NCBI GenBank assembly: GCA_044892525.1
Contig: CM097885.1
Span: forward strand, 5,396,001 to 5,460,000
From: Schmidtea polychroa
Taxonomy: Eukaryota
Direction of reading: 5' to 3'
Length of the DNA: 64,000 nucleotides
Shown: positions 1 through 14,100 of the stretch, piece by piece
Layout of the letters: each line of letters starts with the position of its first letter
Position numbering within the stretch: the first letter of the stretch is position 1
Notes under the pieces: generated by a model
The model's database searches: none
Seen by the model: only the letters and a program-made list of their open reading frames with translations
What the model was told of the DNA's origin: nothing
Program-made: the position numbers and the translations under genes

Positions 1-385
<385 letters not shown>

Positions 386-1243
386 CAAGTCAGTAGTAAC
401 ATATATGAATAAATTGTCATCTAATTTATAAATCCCAAGTGATCAGATTTCCTTATCAAAAATCACAGGATCAATGATCCAAAAGAATGCACTTAGCAAG
501 CCTCTACTATGAAAAATGTAATTTTTCTGCACGCAAAAATCGATCATTCGTAAATTAATTCAAAATTTTCACACGAATCAATCAGAATTTTTACTAGGAA
601 TGTCGAAATTAATTTTCCATCGGCTTCTTGAATGATGGTATGAGTATCGGTCAATGCCTCGAGGAATGGATACCCAGGACATTTCCATCTAACCGTAATC
701 CTCATAGGAATTGTGAATTATAACCTCATTATTGCCCTTCTATTTCTAGGAGATTGAAATCGTGATTGTATCAATTTGCTCGTAATGTTTGTTTCCAGTT
801 CAATGGAATGGGAACTTTTAAAAGCTCGAGGTCGGTAGGAAATTCGACACTGTATATGATGGATACAGCCAGAGTTCATTCAAAAAGACTGAATTAGCCA
901 TGAGAACAATTGTTTGCTTCAGAGTCACAAATGATGCCAGAATATTAAATATAATGTATAAACTCGCTAAAAGAAACGTGTAAGCTAATATTTATATAAA
1001 CAGAACTGATATTAAGTTTCTCAGAGCATGATTATAAATATACAAGGAGAATTATATAGGTCGCGGAGGAGATTATCGTGAATACTAAAAAAGAAATATA
1101 TTTTTTATACTATATAATATTTTATTACTAAGTTTTGCAGTTGTTATATTAATAATAATATTATAATAATAACTATATAATAATAATATAATAATATAAT
1201 ATAATAAAAATAATATAATAATAATAATATAGTAATAATAATA

Positions 1244-1286
<43 letters not shown>

Positions 1287-1302
1287 CATAATAATAATAA
1301 TC

Positions 1303-1369
<67 letters not shown>

Positions 1370-3448
1370 GAAGAAGAAGAAGAAGAATAACATGAACATA
1401 ACATAAAAATTAGAAAAAGCCAATCAAACATCACTTATACAAGATATTTCAAAACGTTTACTGTCATCATTAGGTAGAAACGGAAAAACAAAATCCATAA
1501 ACCAAATAATTCCTTTATTTAAAAAACTAATTTTATTAAAACATAAATTGTATTTTTAAATTTAAACAAACATTTTTATTAAATTTAATAATTTTTGCAT
1601 TCTTAAAAATCATCATTTTGTACGTTAGTTTTCCATGTAACACTTCAAATACAGCAATACAAATATAAGCACATCATGCTTTCCATACATACTGCTCTTT
1701 AATTGTGTTCACTAAGAATTTCCTCCGTTGACAGTGATCAAGAGCTTGAGTACAGAGATGACGAGTAGTCATTTCTATATAGGTGGCATTACACCAATTT
1801 ATATTTCAATTGTTAATCAAGATTCGAATACAACTTAAATAGTATTTGAAATCGACTAATAAACACAAAGTACAAACAGCGGGGTAATAAATCGGAATGA
1901 TTACCATTACTGGAGAAAAGGATTTCGTAACATTTAGTGAATGCAATAAAAATTTTAATTTTTTTGTTTTTCTTTAATCTTCTAAACCACTTTTTTGTAA
2001 TATTTCTTTAGCTTTTGATTCTTTAGGGTGCTGAAAATTTGCATGTGGCCCTCATTTGACTTGGGACAGGTCATATGCTATGTTTCAACCCCAGTTGACC
2101 ACCTCTAAGTACCCTTAGTCGGTTTTTTTGTCTGTCCGGTCAGAAATTTACCATATAAATAATAATTTATTATATGCTTGCTACTTGCAGTTGAAAGTAA
2201 TATAATTTAGTCAAAAGTTTTCAAAGCAGATTTCAAACATGGAGAATTTGAATTTTATTTGATTAGTGAACCAGTTTGCAATTGGAAAAATATTGTTGGG
2301 TTATTGAGTTGGTGATAAATTTAAATGTTACTCTGACTCCAAGCGTGTCTTTATAACTGATTTACAAATAACACTTGACAACAGAAATATATTGATAATC
2401 ACAAATAAACTTTCTCTTTACACTGACAATCAATTCAACACTCTTCTTGGTGACTAAACAATGCTTATTACAACACTCGGTGAAGAATAGCACTTTCGTA
2501 TAACACCGGATTAAAAGATCACAAATTACTGATTGGTTTATCAACTGGGACTTTGATCTGATTGTTTTCTTTGACCTTCTTCACAACTTTATTCAAATAC
2601 TCAAATAACTTCTTTTCGTTTAATTTTCCAACTAATTCTTTTATTCAAATCTTCTCCAACAATTATTCTTCACAATTATTTTCTTTACAATTCTTTTTCA
2701 CAATCGTTTCTCCAATAACCTTTCATCCGACGTTGTCTAATTTTTCTCCAATAATTTTATCTCTCAAATTGTCTGTCCCAAATTGTCACAACCTTTGTTC
2801 CCACTTTTCCAATTTTTGTTCTCTCTCGTGTCCACCAGTTTTCCTTTATATAGTTATTTTATTTGTGGCACTGGCGACAGATTCTGTTTACCATTTTCCT
2901 TTTCCTCTACGTCAGCATTATCTCTGACAGATATCAAGATATTTTTTCATTTTCCTTTTTTTGTTAAGCCGACTTCTCCCAACAATTTCCATATCTTTGA
3001 CAAGCTGTCAAAATACGGCTTTTTCCCTTATTTTGTTTTTCTGGAATTTGAAATTCCACCTTCATTTGTACTTTTTAATTAACAATAACCTTTGTTTTAA
3101 TTTCTTGTTTGTTTCCTTTTATTTGATTTATCTTTCTCATTTTTAATTTCTTTTTACTTCCGTTTTCTATTCTGAGTTCCTATAGATCGTCCCGTTTGTC
3201 ATAGCGATCTTCTCCACAGGTAATTTATTTATTATGTTATTTTCATTTAGGTATCCTCAACAATATTGCCAGTTATTTTTCGATTTAAATTGGAGTGCGT
3301 TTTCGATTTTACAAATTGAAATTTATTTTGAAAGCTTTTCTTATTGTGAATTAAACATGGAATTGAAGCTGTTATAAAATTAATACTGGGACGTAATAAC
3401 ATCATTAAACAAAAAATTAATTTAAATGAATTATTATAATAAATGTAA

Positions 3449-3477
3449 ACTCGGGCGAAGCCGGGTACAACATCTAG
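3449..3477 (+). mobile_element. Probable Helitron 3' end (GC-rich hairpin followed by CTAG|T)
   Basis: ctcgggcgaagccggg GC-rich imperfect hairpin, then tacaacat and CTAG followed by T, the canonical Helitron 3' signature. The 5' end was not identified. Confidence 0.55.
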
Positions 3478-5542
3478 TTTAAAATAAATAAATCGATAAG
3501 ATATCAGTTTATTTATACAATTTGAATGATCTGTATTTGATTTAGAAATTGAATGTTTGACTGTATTTGAGTTTAGATTGATTGTGATGATCGATCCGTT
3601 TTGAAATTTGGAATAATTTTCTTTCGTCTTGTAATTTGTTGTATCGGCATGTTTTTCTAGCTTACTCTTTATAATTAAACAACTAGTCATTTTACATAAT
3701 TTAATAAAAATAATTAATATACAATTTTAAAGATAAGTTTTATTATTTATACATTATATGACGAGAACATATTATGATATTAATTTCAATGCAATATGTT
3801 AATTATTCTTTTGAGCACTATGGCTCTATTCTACAATGATTATTGTAGGCAGCACTTCCATTATTGATTTCTCCAAAATTACTTAACGAATTTAAAAAAT
3901 ACAAAATAAATATAAACCAAAACGACAAAAAAAATGAAATTCGACCGAGGTTCGTCTAATTGAGATTTTATCACCAATCCAACGAAAACTCGTCTCCTCT
4001 AGGAAAAGAGAACTGATGAGTATCAAATTGAGATTTATCCTCCCCAACCGACTATCGACATCGAAATCAAATCTCAAAATCAAAATATCATTGAACAAAT
4101 CATCCAAATTTTGCTAAAATTACGAATAAAATTAATTTCATCCCAATGATTCTCTTTCCGAGAGCCGTTGTATCAAATTTCTGTTTCAAGATTCAATATA
4201 GATAAGCCTAACTAGGCAAACAATTTTTGACAGAAAACTAAAACAAGAACTCCATTTATAGAATGAGCCTGAATTTCCGTCAAGTGAAGATAAATTTGCT
4301 TTGGGAGAGTGTTACGTAACTGATGATGAAAAGCACAGATAGTCATTGGAAATGTCACAGCGGGATAAAGGGAGTCACCTAGATTCCATGAAGTCAGAAA
4401 TAGGATCACATTTATCATCGTAAGTAAAAGATTTCCATGCCGAACCGAATTATCTATTTATTCAGGCGAATATAATATCGTGATTTAATTATATAATTAC
4501 ATCATAAATGCATTGGAAATTACAGATTGGGGTTTTCAATGAATACTGCCAGTCTGTCGTAATCGTCATCATCATCATCATCACAGCCGATGCGAATACC
4601 ACATCAGAATCGGCATGATCGCGTAGGCGACCGCGAGTTGGTGATGTGTAAAATGCTATATATTATACATATATTTATACATAGGAAGATACCCATTCCA
4701 CGATATGTATCTCTGGGATGCAAATCATTGTGCACCAGATGCTATGTCAATATAATCTGCTAATGTTCAATCACGATCTCAAATACTCAATATCAAATAA
4801 TATAAAATTCCAATGGAAAAACAGGAATTTGTCTTACCAGCATATTTTGCACTTTAGAGATTTTGATCGATTTTTCATCAAAATGTACTTTTAATTATAA
4901 AAGGACAGAAATAAATTTCATTATTAAAATCCATTTCGACTATAATTCAATTATATTTGTTGTGAGATGACAATAGATCAATAAAATTCTTAAGGATAAT
5001 CACAAATTGCAGTCAACCAATCATAATTTATTCTGCTACTCATGGCAGTGAGAATTATTGAACTAATATATTTGAGATTAATTTTATTGGTTAATTATTT
5101 TAATGAAATTTAAAATAGAAATTGTTTAGATTTATTAAAAATGCGAGGATTTAATATAATAGAGGGTGAAAGTTTTCGCGGACTTCAATTATAACTTCAA
5201 TAATAACAAATAGCAGAACTCTAATCGTGGTTCATGGGTTTGTATGGTTGTAATTGTAGGAAGAAGAATACCACCGAAGTCATTCAACTGTTCAACATTT
5301 TTTCTTCCAACTTGAGAACAAGCATGTTGATAGTCAAATTAGTACACCAGTGTAGCTACTTACAAACTTCTAGAAAAATCTCACGGGTCAACAATTCGTA
5401 GATATATTTAGCATTTTTTATCCCATTAAATTTTTGTATATTTTTTATTTTAAGTTTTAATGTCTTTCTGAATCCTCTAGACGCTATTGTAAAAATTATA
5501 AAAACTTTTTTCTATTTTCACCACTGATTTCTTTTCAATTGA

Positions 5543-5727
5543 CATCGTATTTATTAAAAAAGCTTGACTATGAATCAATAAATATATTGATGTTTTTTTG
5601 ATATTCACAAATTTTCGGCACTGCCCTTTTCAAGTGATTTTGATCTAAGGCAGTGCCGAAATTCGTGAATATCAAAAACATCGATATATTTACTGATTCA
5701 TAGTCAAGCTGTTTAATAAATACAATG
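5543..5727. mobile_element. Foldback/MITE-like palindromic repeat
   Basis: About 85-bp imperfect inverted arms (catcgtatttattaaaaaagcttgactatgaatca...ttcggcactgcc / ggcagtgccgaa...tgattcatagtcaagctgtttaataaatacaatg). The ttcggcactgcc core recurs near 26385 and 58335. Confidence 0.7.
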
Positions 5728-5903
5728 ACTATTAATATAACAAAAACATGCAGAAAGTCAATTTTAACAATTGCTGTAATTATTATTGCTTTCGGAGGAT
5801 ATCCATTACTGATTAATGGCTGTTTCGTTCTTGATTATTGATTAAAGGTATTGATTTTAATTGTGCTTTTTCAATTTTCGTTTCCAGTTCCTTGTCAATA
5901 ATA

Positions 5904-7242
5904 CAGGGTTTTTCAAAATATTTAATCCTCTTTTCAAAATATTTAATCCACTTTTCAAAATATTTAATCCTCTTTTCAAAATATTTAATCCTCTTTTCAA
6001 AATATTTAATCCTTTCAAAAAATTTAATCTTATTTAATCTTATTTAATTTAATCCTATTTTGAAATATTAAATCATATTTTCGGAATCAATGTGAGGCAA
6101 AAAAAAATTCGTAAATAATCAAGAATATAAGACTATATTTTATTTAATTAAAAATCTTCCTCTCTTAATGCCTTGGCGATAAAAGAAAGCATATGATCAT
6201 AATAAGAAATGCAATTTCTTGCCGATATTTCATCATGGACAGTTCTAATGGAGTCATATAACTCTTCAACAGACATACAATTTCTCGCCTTAATTAGCCC
6301 CTTCCATACTGAAAATAGCTCTTCAATCGGATTTAGTTGGGGACTATAAGGAGGAAGAAAAATTAAAGAATGACCAGATTTTTCAATTAAAGATCTTACT
6401 CCTATAATCTTATGCATAGAGCAATTATCCATTATAAAAATCCTATTCTCTAGCCCATTTATTTCGAATCTTGTGATCAAATTATTAATAAAAGATTGAT
6501 AGTCAATACCATTATACGCATGATCCTGTATTCCGAAGTGAAAAATTCCTTGTCTTGTGATTGCTGCCGATATCGAATAATTTTTAGATCTGATGGATCT
6601 CACGGTTTTTTTTGGAGTTGTCCCAATAAAACTCCTCCCATATGATCTTCTCATGCTGCAATTGACGCCCATCTCATCCAAGAAGACCACGTTATCAATG
6701 CTTAAAAGCATAAACTGTGAGGCATACTCCTTTCTTCTTGCAATATTCGCAGTGTTGTTTCTTGCTTCGGGAATCAAGGAGAGTCTTTTAAAAGTATATG
6801 AAAAATTATCGATAGCTCTAAATATTGATGAAACCGACGCCGAAATATTTAAATCGTGCTCCAGCGCTGTCTTAATATTTTTTAAAGTTATCAAAACATC
6901 CTCACCTATCTTTTCTTTAATTAATGAAATTACAGGAAGGCTCAGTACTTTCTTTCTACCCGCCTTTGATTTTTCCGAATCAATTTTGCTGATGGTTTTG
7001 AATTTTCTCAGAACAGATACCACTGTTTTATACTTGAGCTCTAAATCCTTTGAAATTTGAATTGCTGTCTTTCCCGCTTCATATTTTTGGCAAATTATTC
7101 TTCTAATGTCATTTGAAAGAGTAATATTATTTCTCATTTATGGGTCTTTTTAAAATAAGATTAAATTTTTTGAAAGGATTAAATATTTTGAAAAGAGGAT
7201 TAAATATTTTGAAAAGTGGATTAAATATTTTGAAAAACCCTG
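5904..7242 (-). mobile_element. IS630-Tc1-mariner superfamily DNA transposon, full length (1339 bp)
   Basis: TA target duplication (5902-5903 / 7243-7244). TIR cagggtttttcaaaatatttaatcc / ggattaaatattttgaaaaaccctg. Subterminal 21-bp repeats of the TIR core (about 5 left, 3 right). Encloses an intact transposase ORF. Confidence 0.93.
6148..7137 (-). CDS. IS630/Tc1-like DD34E transposase, 329 aa
   Basis: N-terminal HTH-like region; catalytic motifs VVFLDEMG, IFIMDNCSMH and LPPYSPQLNPIEE, with 34 residues between the second D and the E. Confidence 0.93.
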   Translation of the reverse strand: MRNNITLSNDIRRIICQKYEAGKTAIQISKDLELKYKTVVSVLRKFKTISKIDSEKSKAGRKKVLSLPVISLIKEKIGEDVLITLKNIKTALEHDLNISASVSSIFRAIDNFSYTFKRLSLIPEARNNTANIARRKEYASQFMLLSIDNVVFLDEMGVNCSMRRSYGRSFIGTTPKKTVRSIRSKNYSISAAITRQGIFHFGIQDHAYNGIDYQSFINNLITRFEINGLENRIFIMDNCSMHKIIGVRSLIEKSGHSLIFLPPYSPQLNPIEELFSVWKGLIKARNCMSVEELYDSIRTVHDEISARNCISYYDHMLSFIAKALREEDF

Positions 7243-9181
7243 TAATAACAAAAGAATTAAAATATTTTCCATATCTTCAACTGAACATAAACACCATCTG
7301 CCACATGTTATATGCTATTGAATGTTTACTCAAATTCCGGTGCAAAGTCAGTGCACTTATCAAAGCACATTCTCACCTGACCATTGTTACCATGCAATCG
7401 AGTACCATGAAAAGAATTGAAATTCGAATGAAATCATATCTATATTGAATCTCAAACTTGAATACAGTCGAAATTTTCGTGCAATATTTAAAATGGACAT
7501 ATGTAAATTGATAACACACCGTGAAAATATTGATCAAGTGAAAAAAAGAAAAAAGAAAAAAGAGTAACCGAAATGCTTGAGTAGACCTTGAGATGACTAT
7601 ATAACCTTTAACCTTGATAAGATCAATGACCTTACACTTATTGCTAGAAAAATTCATATTGAAATAGATTAATTTTTGTTTGTTTGATTTACACTTGACT
7701 AATTAAAGATGTGTTAATGGTCACTTGGCGTGCTCACGGTAGTAAAAACCAGCATCACTTTGATGTGATCATTAAAACAAATTAACAAATTACAATAAAC
7801 AATCTAATATTATTATATAATTTCTGAAGTAATGAAGTATTTATATAGTACATTGATTGTCAGATTTAATCACCTATTATCCGTTAGAGAAATAATGCCT
7901 ATTAATACCCTTTGAACAAAAATCGTCTTGTACCTGTTATAAAACTTCAAACAAATGGTATTATTTGTCAAATAAATAATTCTGCATAGATGTAAGTAAT
8001 TAATAATCAGGCGGATCATTATCTGACCCATATGATAGGGTATGAAGGTTCCCTAATATTAACTGTAGGGTGAACCATATCTTCATTTTTCCCCGTGCTA
8101 ATCGCAATTGCTTACAATTGAAGTATTTATTTATCAAGTTACATACGCAACCCCTCTCTTTGTACAGGAGTGGTTAGGATAAAAAACAAGGAAAGGAGGT
8201 AAAGCGATACAAATAAACAATCTTAAGTGATTTCATTATATTTGTTGGGTTTTATACAAAAGCAGAAGATAATGGGAAAATTAAATATTGTATTAGTTAT
8301 TAAGACTACTACCTATACTCCGTCATAATGACCATCCTTTGCTTAGATATTATATTTTATCAATTCAGATACATAATTCTCTCAAAATTTAAGAAAGATT
8401 CCTGAAAGACATCAGTATGCGATATTACATTATTAACATACATACTCACTCATATACTTAGAGAATTTTAGTTTCTTAGTAAAACCATAAAATAAATGTT
8501 AAATAATTAATAAATAGCAAGATTATAAAATTAAGATACCCCATCTTACTTATTACTATTGTTGGGTTATTATTTTTCAATAACTCCTCGTGTTCATATT
8601 TAAACAAAGGAATTGGCGCCCAGAACAGAATAACTTTATTAAACTTCAATCAAAATTACAATTTGTCACTAGATTTGCACCTTTCTCTCTAAATATCTTT
8701 CGCTAAGGTAGACAATCGAAGAAGCAATCATCTTTTCTGGTACGAGAGTTAAACTTTACTTTTAATTACTGGATTTCGTCCATCAATCGCTGATTGCCTT
8801 ATTCGCCAAACTTCTCTCTTGATTCTTTAACCAACTAGTGGCTTGTCTGTTTTTGAGGTCTCTTTTTATATTTTTTCTTAAATGCAAATTATCTACAGAA
8901 TTAGGATTATTTCAATTAATTCTCTCCCGGGAATCTAATTAAATCAATAGATCAATTTAATCACTACAAAATTGCACTATAAATATTTTATTTCCAAATT
9001 GAATTAAATTGAAATCAATAAAATTCTCTAGGCTTAGCACAAATTTTCGGCACAACCTTTATCACGTGTTAGTGTGTGTGATTGTGTGTGCGTGTATTTT
9101 TCGGTTAATTACTATTTTCCACCGCTAAAAATTAAATTATGAATTTTGCCTATAAATTAAAGCAATTAAAGATTAACATAC

Positions 9182-11094
9182 CAGATACCACATTTTGTAC
9201 CATTTTGGATCATTGACAATATGCCGTTTCACCCTGACTTTGGCGAATTGTTGCTCCAACCAGATTACCTAATAAAATTACTATCATCATCGATATTTTA
9301 ATTAGAAATAATTAAATAAATTTTAAATGAAAAATAATTAAAATGTAATTGAAAGATATGTGAGTATCACCTAAATTTCATATTCAGCCTTGTCAATCAC
9401 AGGTTTTGATTCTAACCCTGGAGTGTAATACAACGGTTAGAGCGTTTTTATCCGAAAAGATCAATAAAATGCACTACAAAAGCTGTATGAAGATATGTAT
9501 ATGAAGTTTATTCCTACAGTTCCTGTACGGTCATAAATCTTTGAAATATTTTGCGTTATGCTTATGAAAAAAAAATAGGTAAAGATAATATCTGTCAGAT
9601 AATATCGGAAGACAGTATAAATGGGGAGGGTTAGTAGAAGATCAGTGTAGCGTAAAAATTTTAAAAAATATTTACTACCAAAAAATTTGCAAGAATAACA
9701 TTTTTGACATTGACATAAAAATTACTATTTGAAAATAAATACAGTAATTATGTAGAAAAAGTTACATTCTAAATTTTTTCAGATTAAGGCCTTATAATTA
9801 AGTGAAATGTTTATTAATTGATAAAATATCTAAATCCGCTATGAATGAAAGAAATTATTAAGTAAATGATGCAAGGTAATTTTGTTCTTAATAAATTTTG
9901 TATAAGACAGATATCCCAAACATATTTATTAGGCTTTACAAATACACACATTAAGCACATTAACAAGTCGTTTTGCTATTTGTTGATTGTTAATATGAAT
10001 ATGATACAAGTGTTGTATTAGGGATTATTAACCTAGGCTTCTAGTTTACTTGCTGCCCTCGACTTCCACTCGTGAATTTTGCGCTCTTCTTAGATGAAAT
10101 AAAATAGGTAATAAAATACAATAAATAAGCATTTGATAAGTGGTACAAAGGTTGGTTAACTTAAGGTGGAAACTAAATTAAGCCCCAAGTCAACAGCAAA
10201 CTGCGTGTACATTTATGTAAAAAAGGTTATGCGGTAATGCCTATTTAGAAAATCATAAAGTACGTTATAAACGTAATGAAAACTTACCAAAAAATGATTT
10301 TAAAAAGTTGAATTCAGCAACAATTCGACTATTGTGTTAAGGAGTAGGAGCATTGCCTTGGCTAAGCTAAAGGTCGCCTGAGCCCCTGGTCTTAGTGGGC
10401 CTCTAGGCTTCAACTTAGCCAGCCTAATGAATAATACGGTCATGGATGAAATCTTAAATTATTTATATTTCTTACGGTTTTAAAGAACATATATAAGAAG
10501 TAATTCGAATCCTTTTCATTTAATTAATTAACCGCATTTAATTAATTGAATATAATTTACGAATCATTGACAAATGGTGATTATTAATTCAACAAGATTT
10601 ACTGACGCGTTGACAGTTTTCATAGCCGCCGCAGGCAAGGATATCTACAAAGGATCAGGTACCGAAATTTGACGAGATCATCCTTCAATGAATAAGGCAA
10701 AGAAACCAATAAATCGGCGAATAGACCAAATAAAATTTGACTTATTTACATTTGTCTATTACGAAAATAAGCCCACTAAATTCATTCGCCCCACCAACAG
10801 AAAACAGCCGTTATTCGTTAATTATCTTAATTAATCTTATCGAAAAAAGGGACACTTGATTATGTCAGGATTAGACAAATTGCGACCAAAAGGAATATCC
10901 GTAATTACTCCCAGATTCAGAATTAATATCAAATATCACTGACAACAATTCCTTTTGACAAGGAGTGGTGATTTTTTAATTTATTAGATAATTAATTAAT
11001 ATGAATAATTATTAATTAAAATTGATTAATTGCTTTTTCATTAACATTTTTATTGAATTTAACGGGATTTAATCAGCAAATAATATCATGATCA

Positions 11095-11161
<67 letters not shown>

Positions 11162-14100
11162 TGTGTTGGTATTATTTTGATCCGCTCAAAAGAAATTCAG
11201 ATATAAAATTGTAATTTACTAACTGGTTTTCAAGTCAAAAAGTGCTAGAGTTGGCCAGGTGCAGTGAAGATTATTGATCAATTGAAATAAATAATAAAAG
11301 ACAATTTGTGGCCGAATTCCCAGAAATATTAATAAAACCGGTTATATTATACATAAAATCCATAAAAAATCGAGGAATTTACTCGTATTTTTTTTAATTT
11401 TTTTCCCATTTGAAAACTGATATAATCCGGCTTTGAGGGTAATTTGATAGAATTTGGGAAATGCGATCAGGAAATATTTGGCAATGGGAGATTGGGAATA
11501 TTTATGGGAATTGTTGACATAAATGAGAGGGATAATTTGATGGCTTGTGTAGCACACTATGAAATGCACATTGTGTAACTGTTAATAAATTCCTCATGTG
11601 TCTTGGGGAAATCTTGCCTAACTGAGGATATTTCATTCACGATAAAGAATAAATACTCTACGGTAATAATGTTGAATGCTGCCCTCCACCAGAAATTCCC
11701 CAAAATGAGCCACCTCCAATTTTAGTCATAAATTTTAAATAACATTATTCCCAACTTGTAGCGACGATTTCCCGATAAATCATAAATTTAGGTAAAGATT
11801 TAATTTTAAAAAATTACAGAAAAACAAATTATTTTATTTTTTATATATTATTTTTTGTAATAATTTAAACAAAATATTCAAATGGAAATATTAACGTCAA
11901 TAAGCAATGAAAATCAAATTTCCGTGATAAAAAAATGTTTTATAAAAACTTTCCCGTTAATTTGCATTTGTATAAAATATTGAAAACTGCATAAAAAGTC
12001 ACTAATTATTAAGTCAATCAAAATATTATATCACGATATTTTCTATTTCACAAATTATTATTTTCCATCACGTCATTATTAATATCATTGCTTAATTTTG
12101 TAGGTTTTAATTTAATTGGAAATAATAAAATAATTCCTCATTTTAATCAACATATCATTTTTATTATTTAATTAATTTTCATAATATAATTAAAGTCATA
12201 ATAAAAAATAAATGAAATATTAAAAGAAAATAAAATCAATGAAAAGCGAAAAAAAAATTAGGATTTTATTGATATTTTAATTTTATCTAAAAATCGAATT
12301 TTCTCTATCGAGTGATTCCTAATAGTCATGACAACGGTTAATAAATTTAGAAATCATTTCATTTCAAATGGACATTTCAGTAAATGTATATTGAGTTTAA
12401 TTGATGAATTAGGTTTCAAATAGAAATAAAGTTAAAGCACATCAAAGGTTCAAAGATTTGATTAAGGATTATTTTACTGCATGTACTTTATTATTATAAT
12501 TTTTCTAGACCGCAATATAACCATTTTGAGACAGACAATTATAATTGTTATTATTATTATTATTACCAATGGTAATTTTAGCATTGGTTGCGGCCTTTAA
12601 GAGGGCCTTTAAAGTGGTTAATGTTAAAAATAGAATTGGATTTGATCGATCAAATAGTTGCCAAACAAATTCCACAAATTGAAAGCACTAATGGAATATT
12701 AAATGGGAAATGTGCGAAAATGCCATCTGATTGTAGCGAATATCTCGACGATTTGACGAAGTCAGCAGCGAATCATATCGACAAAATTCATTTGGATTTC
12801 TTAATGAAATTAGAATGAGGCCCAATCTAACACTTGGCCCGATGTTAAATAAACATATATCTATATTATGTAACTGAATTCAAGGGAAAACATTGTTCAT
12901 ATCCAGCTGGGAGAATTATATAACTTTTTTCAAGATTGCTTACACGCCTGAAATTTCTACATTTCCCCCCTGTATTGGATTTGAATTTATTTGTGAAATC
13001 TGAGTAAAATATTTAACAAAATACCAATAAATTTCTTAAAATGGTTTATTTGACACATGCAAACCTTGGGGGGGGGTTGAATTGACAAATTTTATTCACT
13101 TTAATTTTACGCCCTTCCATTGTTTATTCAAATTAATTTTCTTGTTCTAGAACCTTAATGAATTTAACTGTCTAATAATGATATTAATACTTTTCCTTCT
13201 CATTTTCTGGACATTGTATATGGACATTCATAAAAAGATATAAAAATTATTTCAATGTTTTATGTTAAGTCATTGAGAGAAAATAAAGATTTTTCACCAC
13301 AAGGTAACAATAGATCAATAAAATTCTTAAAGGAAACTACAATTTTCGGGCTCTGTCGTTATCATTTCAGATGAATTTTATTGGTTAATTATTTGTATGA
13401 AATTATTTAGATCAGATACTTATACTCATCTATTTCTTACTGGAACTGGTGAGACGCGTCATTCTTGTTTGTATATTAAATATCGAATGTTAATAATAAC
13501 ACATTTATGGACACAATTTGTGTGAACCAAAAATACAATTTAATTACATTTTTAAATGTGATTTATTTAAAGTTATGAAGAGAAAGTGTTGACATTCCTT
13601 TGAAAAATCAAGATAAACATAAAGAGCATTTAATTGGTATTGAAAGTCATCACTAAAAACCGACATAAAAATTGCATATTTTTTACGACCAAAATTTTAA
13701 AAAGCGTCCTTAATTCGAAATATTTTAACCGTTTCACGCCCGTCTACATAAAACTGCAGCGTATGTTATTCGTTATATAAAGAAGTGGAATAAATATAGC
13801 CTTCAGCTGTTGGGCAATGTTTTTCGCGTGGAAATATACAATCGAAGGGGTTAATATTGAAAATATTAAAATATTGCAATTACTTGTTTAAATGACAAGT
13901 ATATCGCCGTAAAGATAATGCTGAAAATATTAAAAAAAATTAATATTTTGTTTATATGTGACAAAAATCCTGTGAAATTGAAAGTAAAAGATTCAGATTG
14001 AGATTGTTTTAAAAATTACTGGTAAAATATAAAAATGACCCTCATGGGAAGTATTAAATATAAATTGTCTAATTCCAACTTTTTTTATATATTAGAAAGG

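Noticed and set aside
1144..1434. Poly-Tyr ORF, and poly-IY ORFs at 57984-58370
   Set aside because: Microsatellite translations.
2540..3220. Pyrimidine-rich stretch with several ORFs, possibly a decayed retroelement ORF on the minus strand
   Set aside because: No identifiable domain or intact frame; cannot be supported without a database search.
6593..7060. Antisense ORFs overlapping real genes (also 17461-18228, 48678-48998, 52798-53157)
   Set aside because: Shadow ORFs on the opposite strand of well-supported CDSs.
8612..8630. tggcgcccagaacag resembling a tRNA-Lys primer-binding site
   Set aside because: Imperfect match, with no adjacent LTR end or gag/pol sequence recognisable.
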